From contig LKMN01000007.1 of assembly GCA_001563875.1 (NCBI GenBank), forward strand, positions 1-33,824: a DNA stretch of 33,824 nt, in the 5' to 3' direction. A program made the translations under genes and the position numbers. This stretch comes from Nanohaloarchaea archaeon B1-Br10_U2g1 (lineage in GTDB: Archaea > Nanohalarchaeota > Nanosalinia > Nanosalinales > Nanosalinaceae). Under the pieces are notes generated by a model that was given only the letters and a program-made list of their open reading frames with translations, was not told the origin of the DNA and ran no database searches. Shown in pieces: positions 9,482 through 19,100 of the stretch; the first letter of the stretch is position 1; each line of letters begins with the position of its first letter.

Positions 9482-10627
9482 ATGCCTGAAGAAGAGTTTG
9501 AGGTAACCCCCTGGGACGTTGAAGGAAATGTAGACTACCATAGACTGATTGAAAAGTTCGGTACAGAAAAAGTCGATGAAGAGTTAAAAAATAGAATAGT
9601 TGAAAACGCAGGGGAAAACCACCTCTACCTGAAGAGAGACTTTATCTTCTCACACAGAGATATGGATAAGGTTTTAGAGGACTATGAGGAGGGCGAAGAC
9701 TTCTTCCTATACACAGGGATAGGTCCTTCAGGAAAGATGCATATAGGTCATATTATATCCTTCTATATCACGAAATGGATTCAACAACAGTTTGATGTCA
9801 ATGTTTACATCCAGGTTACAGATGATGAGAAGCACTGGGACCGTGGAATGAGCTTTGAGGAGATAGAAGAAAACGCAGAACACAATATCAGAGAGATAGC
9901 AGCAGTAGGGTTCGATCCTGACAAGACGTTTATCTTCAGAAACCGCGAATACATGGGTAACATGTACGATGCAGCTGTTAAAATAGCAGGGAAGATAAAC
10001 AATTCTACAGCACAATCAGTCTTCGGATTTGAAGGCTCAACCAACATCGGCATGAATTTCTGGCCGGCAATCCAGTGTTTACCAACGTTTTTTGAAGACA
10101 AAAGATGTCTGATACCGGCAGCAATCGACCAAGATCCTTACTGGCGTATACAGAGAGATATAGCAGAAAAGTTCGGTCATGAGAAGACGGCTGCAATCCA
10201 CTCAAAGTTCATACCGGCTCTAACCGGACCAGAGGGCAAAATGTCTAGCTCTAAACCGAAGACAGCAATAATGCTTGACGACTCTGCAGAAGAGATAGAA
10301 GAAAAAGTTAAGAAATACGCGTTCTCCGGAGGAGGAGACACCTTAGAAGAACATAGAAAAGAAGGCGCAGATCTTTCAGTAGATGTCTCGTACCTGTGGC
10401 TTCATAGCCTGCTCCTAGAGGATGATGAGAGAATGAAAGAGATAGCCGAAAAATACTCTAGTGGAGAAATGCTTACAGGAGAGATTAAACAGGTGCTTAT
10501 CGATGAGTTGACAGAGTTCCTTTCAGAACATCAAGAAAGAAAAGAGAATGCTGATAGACTGGTGGAGAAAATGATGTATGAAGGAGAGCTGGCTCAAAGG
10601 ATGTGGGATAAAAAGATAACACTTTAG
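9482..10627 (+). CDS. trpS: tryptophan--tRNA ligase
   Basis: VTPW N-terminus, YTGIGPS, HIGH, AIDQDPYWR, KMSSS, KYAFSGG. Confidence 0.97.
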   Translation: MPEEEFEVTPWDVEGNVDYHRLIEKFGTEKVDEELKNRIVENAGENHLYLKRDFIFSHRDMDKVLEDYEEGEDFFLYTGIGPSGKMHIGHIISFYITKWIQQQFDVNVYIQVTDDEKHWDRGMSFEEIEENAEHNIREIAAVGFDPDKTFIFRNREYMGNMYDAAVKIAGKINNSTAQSVFGFEGSTNIGMNFWPAIQCLPTFFEDKRCLIPAAIDQDPYWRIQRDIAEKFGHEKTAAIHSKFIPALTGPEGKMSSSKPKTAIMLDDSAEEIEEKVKKYAFSGGGDTLEEHRKEGADLSVDVSYLWLHSLLLEDDERMKEIAEKYSSGEMLTGEIKQVLIDELTEFLSEHQERKENADRLVEKMMYEGELAQRMWDKKITL

Positions 10628-10666
10628 AAAACCTAATTAACAAGCGTCTAGAAAACTTGTTTTGAA

Positions 10667-11509
10667 ATGCTTCCTGAGTTAATCTACAGAGAAGAAAAAT
10701 TAAAGGAATACAAGTTTTTAGTTCTCTTAGGAGTCTTGGCAAGTCTAACAGGATATATACTAGCAAATCTTCTGTTTCCCTCGCAGATAGGGCTTACAAC
10801 TGTCGTTTTCGCATCTATACCTCTAGTCTATCCTTTAACACAGTTCTTCTTGGAGAGGGAGAAAGCCGGGACTTCTCACCTAGAAGAACTGAAGGTGTAC
10901 CTCTCGCTGTTTGCGGGACAGGTACTAGCTTTCGCTTATTTAGGCCACACAAAACCTGAAAAGTTTGAATTACAGATAAACCAGTTTGCAGAAAATATGT
11001 CGGGTATAGAAGCAACTGGCAACTTTTTTGCGGACTCGCTGTTCTTATCAATATTTTCGAATAATATCACGCTTTTCCTACTGATATTTCTTGTATCGCT
11101 AATAATAGCTTCTGCAGGAGCGTTTGTTCTTACGTGGAATGCATCTGTGATGGGTGTTTTCTTCAGTCAGCTGATAGCAACGATGCCCTTGTCACGTGAA
11201 GGACTTTTCACCTGTGCCGAAGGAGCTTTGAGTGATGCAGGGCTATCAAACCCTTCTTTTCTGTGTTATGTTCCTCATGCAGGGTTTGAAATCTCCGGTT
11301 TCATACTGGCGGGTATAGCGGGATCGCTGATGTCTGCGTCACTGTACCGAGAACACTTTGGAAAAGAGTTATGGGAAGATTACATGCTGCTTTTGATGCT
11401 TGGTATAGGACTTCTGGCTATAGGTGCATCATTGGAGACAGGTAGGTTACTGCTTCTACTGTTATCGCTAGCTTACTCCACAGCTGTAGCTTACAGGATG
11501 ATGGTCTAG
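10667..11509 (+). CDS. SpoIIM/DUF95-family membrane protein
   Basis: Multi-pass; IFSNN, LTWNASVMG, PHAGFEI, ASLE motifs typical of this family. Confidence 0.75.
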   Translation: MLPELIYREEKLKEYKFLVLLGVLASLTGYILANLLFPSQIGLTTVVFASIPLVYPLTQFFLEREKAGTSHLEELKVYLSLFAGQVLAFAYLGHTKPEKFELQINQFAENMSGIEATGNFFADSLFLSIFSNNITLFLLIFLVSLIIASAGAFVLTWNASVMGVFFSQLIATMPLSREGLFTCAEGALSDAGLSNPSFLCYVPHAGFEISGFILAGIAGSLMSASLYREHFGKELWEDYMLLLMLGIGLLAIGASLETGRLLLLLLSLAYSTAVAYRMMV

Positions 11510-11553
11510 AGTTCGGCTTAACTATTAAAGTTTAAAAGGTCTAAAACCTCGGT

Positions 11554-12966
11554 GTGAAACTCTCAACACAGGCAGTCAAGGTTTTAGAAGAGCTTAAAAT
11601 GGAAAGCCCAAAGTCTATAGAGAAGTTTGAAAAAGACGGATACGACCAGTCAATGGTTAACAGGGCCGGGCTTGAACTCCAAGAAAGAGACTTGGTAGAG
11701 CTTGAAAAAGAGACCGAATTCCTGTACGAGCTGACTTCGGAGGGTGAAGAAGTGCTTGCAGAGGGTTCTCCAGAATACAGGCTTATACAACGAGTTGCGG
11801 AGAGTTCTGAAGAGATAGCAGATCTTCAAGACCTTAACTTGGATGTAGCTCTAGGAAAGGCACGAGAAAAAGGGTGGATCCAGATCAGCGAAGGAGAAAT
11901 CTCGATAACAGAAAAAGGTAGAGAGAATTTAGGAACAGATCCTGTAAGTGTTAGACTGGAAAACCAAGACTTTTCTGAAGGAGATAAAGAGAGAGGACTA
12001 GTAGAAGAAAAAACTAAGAGTCTAAGAACTCTGGTACTAACTGACAAAGGAGAAAAAATAGATGTTAATGATGTAGTTGAAAAATTTAATGTTGAAGCAT
12101 CAGTTAAGACGCCTAGGATTGGTAAGAAACATTTCTATAAAGAGATAACAGACTATGCAAGACAGACATGGATAGAGATGGGTTTCGAGGAGATGGATGG
12201 AGACTTTGTAGTTCCCAGCCTGTTGAACTTTGATGCTTTGTATACTCCTCAGGATCATCCAGCAAGAGAGATGCACGACACATTCTTCCTCAAAAACCCT
12301 GAAAAGGCAGATCTCTCTGAGTACGGAGATAAAACTGAGCATATAGGAGAAACCCATAAAAACGGCTGGAAAACAGGAAGTAAAGGATACGGAGGCGAAT
12401 GGAAAAGAGAGGAGGCCGAAAAAAATGTTTTGAGAACACATACAACAGCTGTTTCGGCCAGAAGGCTTCATGAAATGGACATAGGTGAAGAAGAACTTCC
12501 CAAAAAACTGTTTATAGTAGGAAGGAACTTTAGAAATGAAACAGTTGATAGAACCCACTTGGCAGGATTTATACAGACGGATGGAATCGTTGTAGGTAAA
12601 AATCTTAACTTCAAGAACTTGAAAGGATACTTGAAAGAGTTCTTCGAAAGCATGGGGTATAACGTAACCGAAGAGAGAGGCCACAAAAACGTGAGGCTGA
12701 TACCTTCTTACTATCCTTACACAGAAATGAGTATAGAGCCTCAGGTATGGGATGAAGAACATGAAGCATGGCTAGGGATAGGAGGAGCAGGTATGTTCCG
12801 TCCAGAAGTAGTAAAGCCTTTACTCGGTTTCGAGGCAACTGTGCTCGCTTGGGGTCTAGGTGTGCCAAGGATAGCTATGAAGGCTGCCGAGATAGAAGAT
12901 ATACGAGAGCTTTACAGAAACGATATTGAGATACTTGAAGAAACACCTGTATGGAGGCCTGAATAA
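11554..12966 (+). CDS. pheS: phenylalanine--tRNA ligase alpha subunit
   Basis: EGSPEY, NFDALYTPQDHPAREMHDTF, LRTHTT, FRNE, GMFRPE, AWGLG; GTG start. Confidence 0.97.
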   Translation: MKLSTQAVKVLEELKMESPKSIEKFEKDGYDQSMVNRAGLELQERDLVELEKETEFLYELTSEGEEVLAEGSPEYRLIQRVAESSEEIADLQDLNLDVALGKAREKGWIQISEGEISITEKGRENLGTDPVSVRLENQDFSEGDKERGLVEEKTKSLRTLVLTDKGEKIDVNDVVEKFNVEASVKTPRIGKKHFYKEITDYARQTWIEMGFEEMDGDFVVPSLLNFDALYTPQDHPAREMHDTFFLKNPEKADLSEYGDKTEHIGETHKNGWKTGSKGYGGEWKREEAEKNVLRTHTTAVSARRLHEMDIGEEELPKKLFIVGRNFRNETVDRTHLAGFIQTDGIVVGKNLNFKNLKGYLKEFFESMGYNVTEERGHKNVRLIPSYYPYTEMSIEPQVWDEEHEAWLGIGGAGMFRPEVVKPLLGFEATVLAWGLGVPRIAMKAAEIEDIRELYRNDIEILEETPVWRPE

Positions 12967-12967
12967 A

Positions 12968-14608
12968 ATGCCGAATATAGAGATAAACAAAGACAAGTTC
13001 AAAGAACTTTTAGGAGAAGACATTGATGACGAGAAACTCTTAAAGGAAGCATCATATCTTGGTGCTCACTGGCACAGTATAGAACAGGATAAAGCGGAGG
13101 TAGAAACCTATCCTAACAGACCGGATCTACTGAGTGTTGAAGGGCTGGCAAGAACTTACAAAGCCTTTTTCGGGTTGAGTACAGGTCTACCAGGCTATCA
13201 TGTCAATGAAGGTGAAATTGAGCTTGAAGTTGACAAGTCTGTCGAAGAAGTGAGGCCCTATATAGGAGGAGCTGTTGTAAGAGAGGTTGATCTTACAGAA
13301 GAACTGATAAACAATCTGATTCAGCTACAAGAAAAGCTCCATGAAACCATGGGGAGACGTAGAGACAAGCTTGCAATAGGTCTGCACGATCTATCGGTGC
13401 TTGAACCAAACTTTAGATATACTGCGGTGAAGCCTGAAGAGGTTTCCATGGTTCCTCTAGGAAAAGACAGGGAGATGCAGCTTGGGGAGATAGTTGAAGA
13501 ACATGAGAAAGGTATCGAGTACTCATGGATACTTGAAGACCACGAAAAATACCCTATAATTAAGGATTCGGGAGGAAACGTTCTCAGCTTCCCTCCTATA
13601 ATCAATAATCAGCTGACTGAAGTCGATGAAAAGACTAAAGAGATATTCGTAGATGTAACCGGCAAAAACAAGGAGGCTGTACACAAATGCCTGAATATAA
13701 TAGTCACAGCATTAGCTGACAGAGGAGGAAGGGTAGACTCTGTAAATGTTGATGGAGAGGAGCTTCCAGATCTTAGTCCAACACGTATGGAGCTGGAACT
13801 AGACTACCTGAACAGTGTGTCAGGTTTAGACTTGTCAAGAGAGGAGGCAAGCGAACTCCTGAAGAAGATGAACTATGGCGTAAAAGCAGGTAAAGAGATA
13901 GGAGTCGAGATACCGGCCTACAGAACCGATATTATGCACCAGTATGATCTTATAGAGGACGTAGTGATAGCATATGGCTATGATGATATAGAGTCAGCGC
14001 TTCCTCAAGTAGATCAGATAGGGGAGCAGAAAAGCATAGAAGATTTCTCCTCAATAGTACGTCAGATAATGACTTCTGCGGGAGCCTTAGAAGCTAATAC
14101 ATACTTCCTTTCAAGCAAGGAAAAACTTTTCGATAGAATGGAACAGGAAGAACAAGAGATAGTTGAAATGAAGAATCCTCTAACCCGAGACTACTCTGTT
14201 TTAAGGAACTGGCTATCACCATCAATGTTGGAGGTATTAAACAACAATAAACATCATAGCTATCCTCAAGAGTTCTTCGAGACGGAAGATGTGGCTTTAA
14301 TCGATGATTCCAGTACAGGTTCAAGTAACAAGAGGAAACTGGCATATGTAGTATCAGATGAAGGTGTAGACTTCAACGATGCAAGAAAAAGGTTGCAGGT
14401 TCTAGGCCGAGATCTAGGAATACGGTTCAATGTAAAAGCCAGCGAAAAACCCTTCTTCAAAGCTAACCGGTCGGCAGATATATTCTTAGAAGAAAAGAAG
14501 GTAGGCTTCATTGGAGAGTATAACTCTAAGGTTTTAGAGAGCTGGGAGCTTGAGAAAGAAGTAGCTGGCTTTGAACTTGATTTGGAAGAGGTCCAAAATT
14601 ATAGATAA
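12968..14608 (+). CDS. pheT: phenylalanine--tRNA ligase beta subunit
   Basis: NRPDLLSVEG, QLQEKLH, LSFPPIIN, PAYRTDIMH..DLIED; start at ATG 12968, one base after pheS stop. Confidence 0.96.
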   Translation: MPNIEINKDKFKELLGEDIDDEKLLKEASYLGAHWHSIEQDKAEVETYPNRPDLLSVEGLARTYKAFFGLSTGLPGYHVNEGEIELEVDKSVEEVRPYIGGAVVREVDLTEELINNLIQLQEKLHETMGRRRDKLAIGLHDLSVLEPNFRYTAVKPEEVSMVPLGKDREMQLGEIVEEHEKGIEYSWILEDHEKYPIIKDSGGNVLSFPPIINNQLTEVDEKTKEIFVDVTGKNKEAVHKCLNIIVTALADRGGRVDSVNVDGEELPDLSPTRMELELDYLNSVSGLDLSREEASELLKKMNYGVKAGKEIGVEIPAYRTDIMHQYDLIEDVVIAYGYDDIESALPQVDQIGEQKSIEDFSSIVRQIMTSAGALEANTYFLSSKEKLFDRMEQEEQEIVEMKNPLTRDYSVLRNWLSPSMLEVLNNNKHHSYPQEFFETEDVALIDDSSTGSSNKRKLAYVVSDEGVDFNDARKRLQVLGRDLGIRFNVKASEKPFFKANRSADIFLEEKKVGFIGEYNSKVLESWELEKEVAGFELDLEEVQNYR

Positions 14609-14624
14609 AAATAGAGGCTTGGGT

Positions 14625-14688
14625 TGGCGGATGACGAACCCTGCGGGACACAGATAGTTTAGTATCTGTTATTTGAGTGCTGACGCCA
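14625..14688 (+). ncRNA. putative box C/D guide sRNA
   Basis: Box C ATGACGA 14631-14637, box D CTGA 14680-14683, terminal stem TGGCG/CGCCA in k-turn register, 53-nt C-to-D span, internal ACAGATA/TATCTGT hairpin. Confidence 0.65.
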
Positions 14689-14721
14689 TCTCCAACCTCC
14701 TTTACAAGAAGTCTTCAAGCT

Positions 14722-14910
14722 TTATTTTATCTCTGATTCGGTAGGCACTATAAGCCAGGCTATTAGGTAGAATAACGGTGATGTGCCTGTAAAGATCAGG
14801 ACTATAAGTAGAAGCCTTATTAGGGTTGGATCGATATCGAATGCTTCGCCCAGTCCTCCACATACTCCTCCGAGAATCCTGTCGGACTCAGATCTGTAGA
14901 TACGTTTCAT
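14722..14910 (-). CDS. PspC domain protein
   Basis: IYRSESDRILGGVCGGLGE, DPTLIRL, YLIAWLIVP; 62 aa. Confidence 0.92.
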   Translation of the reverse strand: MKRIYRSESDRILGGVCGGLGEAFDIDPTLIRLLLIVLIFTGTSPLFYLIAWLIVPTESEIK

Positions 14911-14967
14911 AACTGGAAGTTTAGCTGGATAAAGTTAAGAACATGAGGGGAGAAGTAGATATGGTTT

Positions 14968-15453
14968 CTACCGTACTTCTTCCTCGTGTGTGTGAGAGTA
15001 TTCGTGTAGCTCCTCCTCGTTGAACCAGATTTCAATCTCTCTTTCCTGTTCACCTGGCTCTGCTGCGTGTATAATGTTCTTATAATGGCGTCCTTCTGCG
15101 TCAGCGTGATCCATTGACATATGTGCGTAACGCCCTCTGATCGTTGCGGGGTGTGCATCTCTTGCGGATGTGTCTCCTACTATTTTACGTACGTTTTCTG
15201 CTGCGTGTACGCCTTCTAGAACCATTGCCACAACAGGTCCCTGTTTCATGTATTCTGCAAGTCCATCGTAGAATGGTTTGTCTACGTGCTCTTCGTAATG
15301 CTGTTCTAACAGCTGGTCTGTCGCTTGTACCATCTTCATTCCTTCGATTTTGAATCCTGCGTCTTCAAATGTTGTAACTATTTCCCCTACTAGCCCTCTC
15401 TTAACTGCGTCGGGTTTGATAGCTACAAATGTTCTTTCAACGTGTTCTGCCAT
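14968..15453 (-). CDS. ndk: nucleoside diphosphate kinase
   Basis: ERTFVAIKPDAVKRGLVGEI, HYEEHVDKPFY, GPVVAMV, TIRG, NIIH phospho-His. Confidence 0.96.
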   Translation of the reverse strand: MAEHVERTFVAIKPDAVKRGLVGEIVTTFEDAGFKIEGMKMVQATDQLLEQHYEEHVDKPFYDGLAEYMKQGPVVAMVLEGVHAAENVRKIVGDTSARDAHPATIRGRYAHMSMDHADAEGRHYKNIIHAAEPGEQEREIEIWFNEEELHEYSHTHEEEVR

Positions 15454-15593
15454 TGTTTTTACAACCTCTCTAAACCCTGATTTAAGGGAGGAAGATTTTT
15501 AACTTGGTGGCTATAAAAAACCTAGACAGTCATGTATTACAGGTGTATTACAATAAGCTCATGAGGCAAAATTATGTTAATTTTGTAATACAT

Positions 15594-16040
15594 TCAGTTG
15601 AATATGTCTGTTTCGCTGTCTTCTATATCTCTGTAGAAAGTGTTTTCACAGCCCAATAGATCAATCTCTTCCTTCTCGTACCATTCTTCTCCCGTCATAT
15701 TTTCGTACTCTGCGTCACTAAGCCACTCCATTTCTTGGGTGTCTGAATCACAGATATTGTAAGCTTGAACCATCAGTTCGGCTTCAGCTCTTCGATAGTA
15801 GTCTTCTGAACCTGGTTCAGGGTGTGTATAGTTATCGTAGTTGTATGTTGTATGAGTTTCTTGGTTTATGCCGAGACATATACCGATATCAAACCCTACA
15901 CATTCATTATCTATCTCGACGGGACCTACCTCTACAGGTTCGGAAGCTGTAAGATTGCCGAAACCGATTAAGAGTATAATTACTACCGCTGTTAGACCTA
16001 GGTATTTCAGTTTCTGTTCGAGATCCTCTGATAAATCCAT
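15594..16040 (-). CDS. hypothetical membrane-anchored/secreted protein with 4 Cys
   Basis: N-terminal hydrophobic helix, acidic outer domain, sequons NYT and NMT. Confidence 0.75.
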   Translation of the reverse strand: MDLSEDLEQKLKYLGLTAVVIILLIGFGNLTASEPVEVGPVEIDNECVGFDIGICLGINQETHTTYNYDNYTHPEPGSEDYYRRAEAELMVQAYNICDSDTQEMEWLSDAEYENMTGEEWYEKEEIDLLGCENTFYRDIEDSETDIFN

Positions 16041-16130
16041 CTATTAACTATGTACGGAGGACAGATTCTTAAATCACCGGTCCAACTGTGTTGAAGAATT
16101 TATCAAGCTGCAGGTCCATCCCTTCTAATA

Positions 16131-19100
16131 ATGCAACTGGGAACAATAGAGGGAAAAGTAGATACCTCAACATTCAAGTTTCGAGCAACTGAGGAAGTGA
16201 AGAAGTTTGATTTTATATCGGTGAAAAGCAACGATGTATGGATACTAGCACAGGTAGAAGAAGTAAAGAAGCATCCTGACGGTGAGACAATTGCCAATGC
16301 CAATATAATAGGTTACAGGGACAAAGGACTGACCAAAGCTCCTAGAAGAGTGATTGAACCGGATTCGATAGTCTACCGAGCGGACCAAGAACTGATATCT
16401 GACACGCTGGGCTTGGAGCAGGACGGTCTTAGAATAGGTAACCTTGAGACCAATGAAGATATAGATATTTTTGTAAACAAAGAGAACTTCTACAAACACT
16501 TCGCGGTTTTAGCACAGACAGGAGCTGGGAAATGCGTGATGCCAGACACTGATGTTCTAATGAGTGATGGGTGTCTAAAACCTATAAAACAGATCTTTGA
16601 TGAAACAGATCAGGTCCTAAAAAAGGATGAGGAAGAAGAGTTACGACAGCTAAATTCTTGTTCAGTAAAAGCTTTGGATGAAGATTACAAGCAGACTGAC
16701 GCGGACGCACTCTACGCTTACAGGAAGAAGGCAGAGAAAATACTTGTAATAAAGACAGAGTCAGGAAGAGAGGTTGAGGTGACTCCAGAGCATCCTCTAA
16801 TGGTTGCAGAAAACAGCTATGGATTCCAAGAAGCCGGAAAAATAGAAGAAGGTAATCATATAGCTGTTCCAAGAGAAATCGAAACTTTTGAAGACCAAAG
16901 CATCAGTATCTCAGAGCAAAGTCTCTCAGAAAGTCATGAAATCAGTGAGAAAAGACTTGAAAGAGCTAAAAATTATAAGAGGTATAAAGAGCTTGAAGAA
17001 AAAGGACTTAGTTTGGGAGAGATTGAACTAGAGATCGATCAGTCTCGAAGCACTATAGAGAACTGGAAATACAGAGACAATAGACCTAAAGAAGCAGACG
17101 GATTCTTGACCTCGATTAACTCAAACGGAATCCGGATACCGGAAAGATTCAGCTCTGAGCTCTCAGAATTTCTGTCACTGTTGATAGCAGAAAGCGCAGA
17201 ACAGCAGTCGGAGGGAAGCTACAGAATAATATTCACTAACAACGACGAAAGATTAATACAGGGGTTCAAACAACTCTCCAAAAAACTATTCGGCATCCAA
17301 GCCTCAGAAATGAGAGAGAACGCAGTATACATAGACTCAACTCCGCTAAAACAGTTTCTGGAAGAGATAGGTTATACGCCGCTCTCTAAATCTCGGGGAA
17401 AACACGTACCTAACTGCGTACATAAAGCATCAAAAGAGAACAAAAGACAGTTTTTACAGACTTTATTTGACTGTGAGGGCTGCGTAGAAGACCACGAGGT
17501 CACTATATCCTCTGCAAGCGAACAGCTGATAAACGATATAGCTTACCTACTACTGGAATTCGGGATAGTTGGAAGACTACGTAGCAAAAAGAAAAGAGCA
17601 ACTAATTCCGATCATGAAGGCAACGTTTATTACGAACTCTCGATTAGCGGAGTAGATTTCATGACAAAATTTGCCGAAAAAATAGGGTTCGGCATAGAAA
17701 GAAAACATAACAAGCTTGAAAATTACATAGAAACCAAAGAAGGTAACACCAATACAGACATCATACCTATAGATGGAGAGTACTTGAAAAACGAAAGGAA
17801 AAAAGTAGGACTATCTCAGCGTGATCTCTCAGAATGTGTAGACTCTCATCCAACACTTATCTCGCTCTATGAAAGAAACGAGAGGAGGCCATCCCGACAG
17901 AAGTTCAAGAAAATCTCTGAAAAGCTAGATAGCAAGCTATACTCGAAACTCGCTGATTCCGGTGTTCTTTGGGACAAAATAGAGTCTATAGAAGAAATAG
18001 AGTACAATGGGTATGTCTACGATCTAACTGTTAGAGAACACCACAACTTTATAGCGGGTAAAGGAGGAATAGTATGTCATAACAGCTATCTCACCGGAGT
18101 ACTTATTGAAGAGATGCTTGAGAAAGATCTCCCTGTACTTATAATTGATCCTCACGGAGAGTACAGCTCTCTAAGCTTACCAAACGATGACAATCCTGAA
18201 AACGCAAGGAACTACAAGATTAAGGAGTACTCCCCAAACACGGATATAAACCAAGATGCGTTACCTCTAAGCTTCTCCTCCGTTAACATGGAGAAAAATG
18301 AGCTGCTAGATGTTATACCTGACTCTCTGACCAACTCTCAGATGGGAGTGCTTTACAACTCTTTGAAAAGGCTGAGAGAAAAGGAGGGGGATTATACCTT
18401 GAATGACTTAATGGATGCCGTATCTCACGAGGATTCAACAGCTAAATGGAATCTGCTTAACTCTATGGAGCAACTAGAGCAGTCAGGACTTTTTACTCCT
18501 GATCCTGTAGATCTTGAAGAGCTTCTAACTCCGGGAGAAGCCACTATAGTCAATCTGAGAGCTGTGGAGCCTAATCCCGCGGAGATGACAGCTTACTCTT
18601 TGGCGAAGAGACTTTTCGACCTGAGAAAGGAGAACCGTATACCGCCTTTCATAATGGTTATAGAGGAGGCTCACAACTTCGCTCCTGAGAAAGGCTTCGG
18701 TAAAGCGCTTTCAAGCGATATACTGAGAAAGATAGCCTCAGAAGGCAGGAAGTTCGGACTCGGTATAGGAGTGATAAGTCAGAGACCGGCACGTATCGAC
18801 AAAAACGTGCTTTCACAGTGCAACACACAGTTTATACTTAGAGTTACAAACCCAAACGACTTGAAGGCTATATCCAAGTCTTTTGAAGGCATTACTTCTG
18901 AGGTAGAGTCTATGATAAAGAGTCTTCCTCCCGGAGTATCTTTTGTTCTAGGTAACGAGTATCCTGTTATGACGGATGTGAGAACACGTAAATCTAAACA
19001 CGGAGGAACAACTCAGACTTCCGAGACGTATGTCCGGAAGGAGAAGATAAAGATGTTCGAGCCTAAGAAGAGGATAGATGAGCTTGAAACGGAGAAGGGG

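Noticed and set aside
12560-12735. Altered PheRS specificity (AGFIQTDG, YYPYTEMS)
   Set aside because: Tyr in the FPF loop and similar changes occur in archaeal/eukaryotic PheRS; not enough to claim a new specificity.
14614-14700. Fluoride or TPP riboswitch, 5S or SRP RNA
   Set aside because: GGAGATGGCGTC on the minus strand is only a partial fluoride-like match, the element lies between convergent gene ends, and other consensus motifs are missing; the C/D k-turn fits better.
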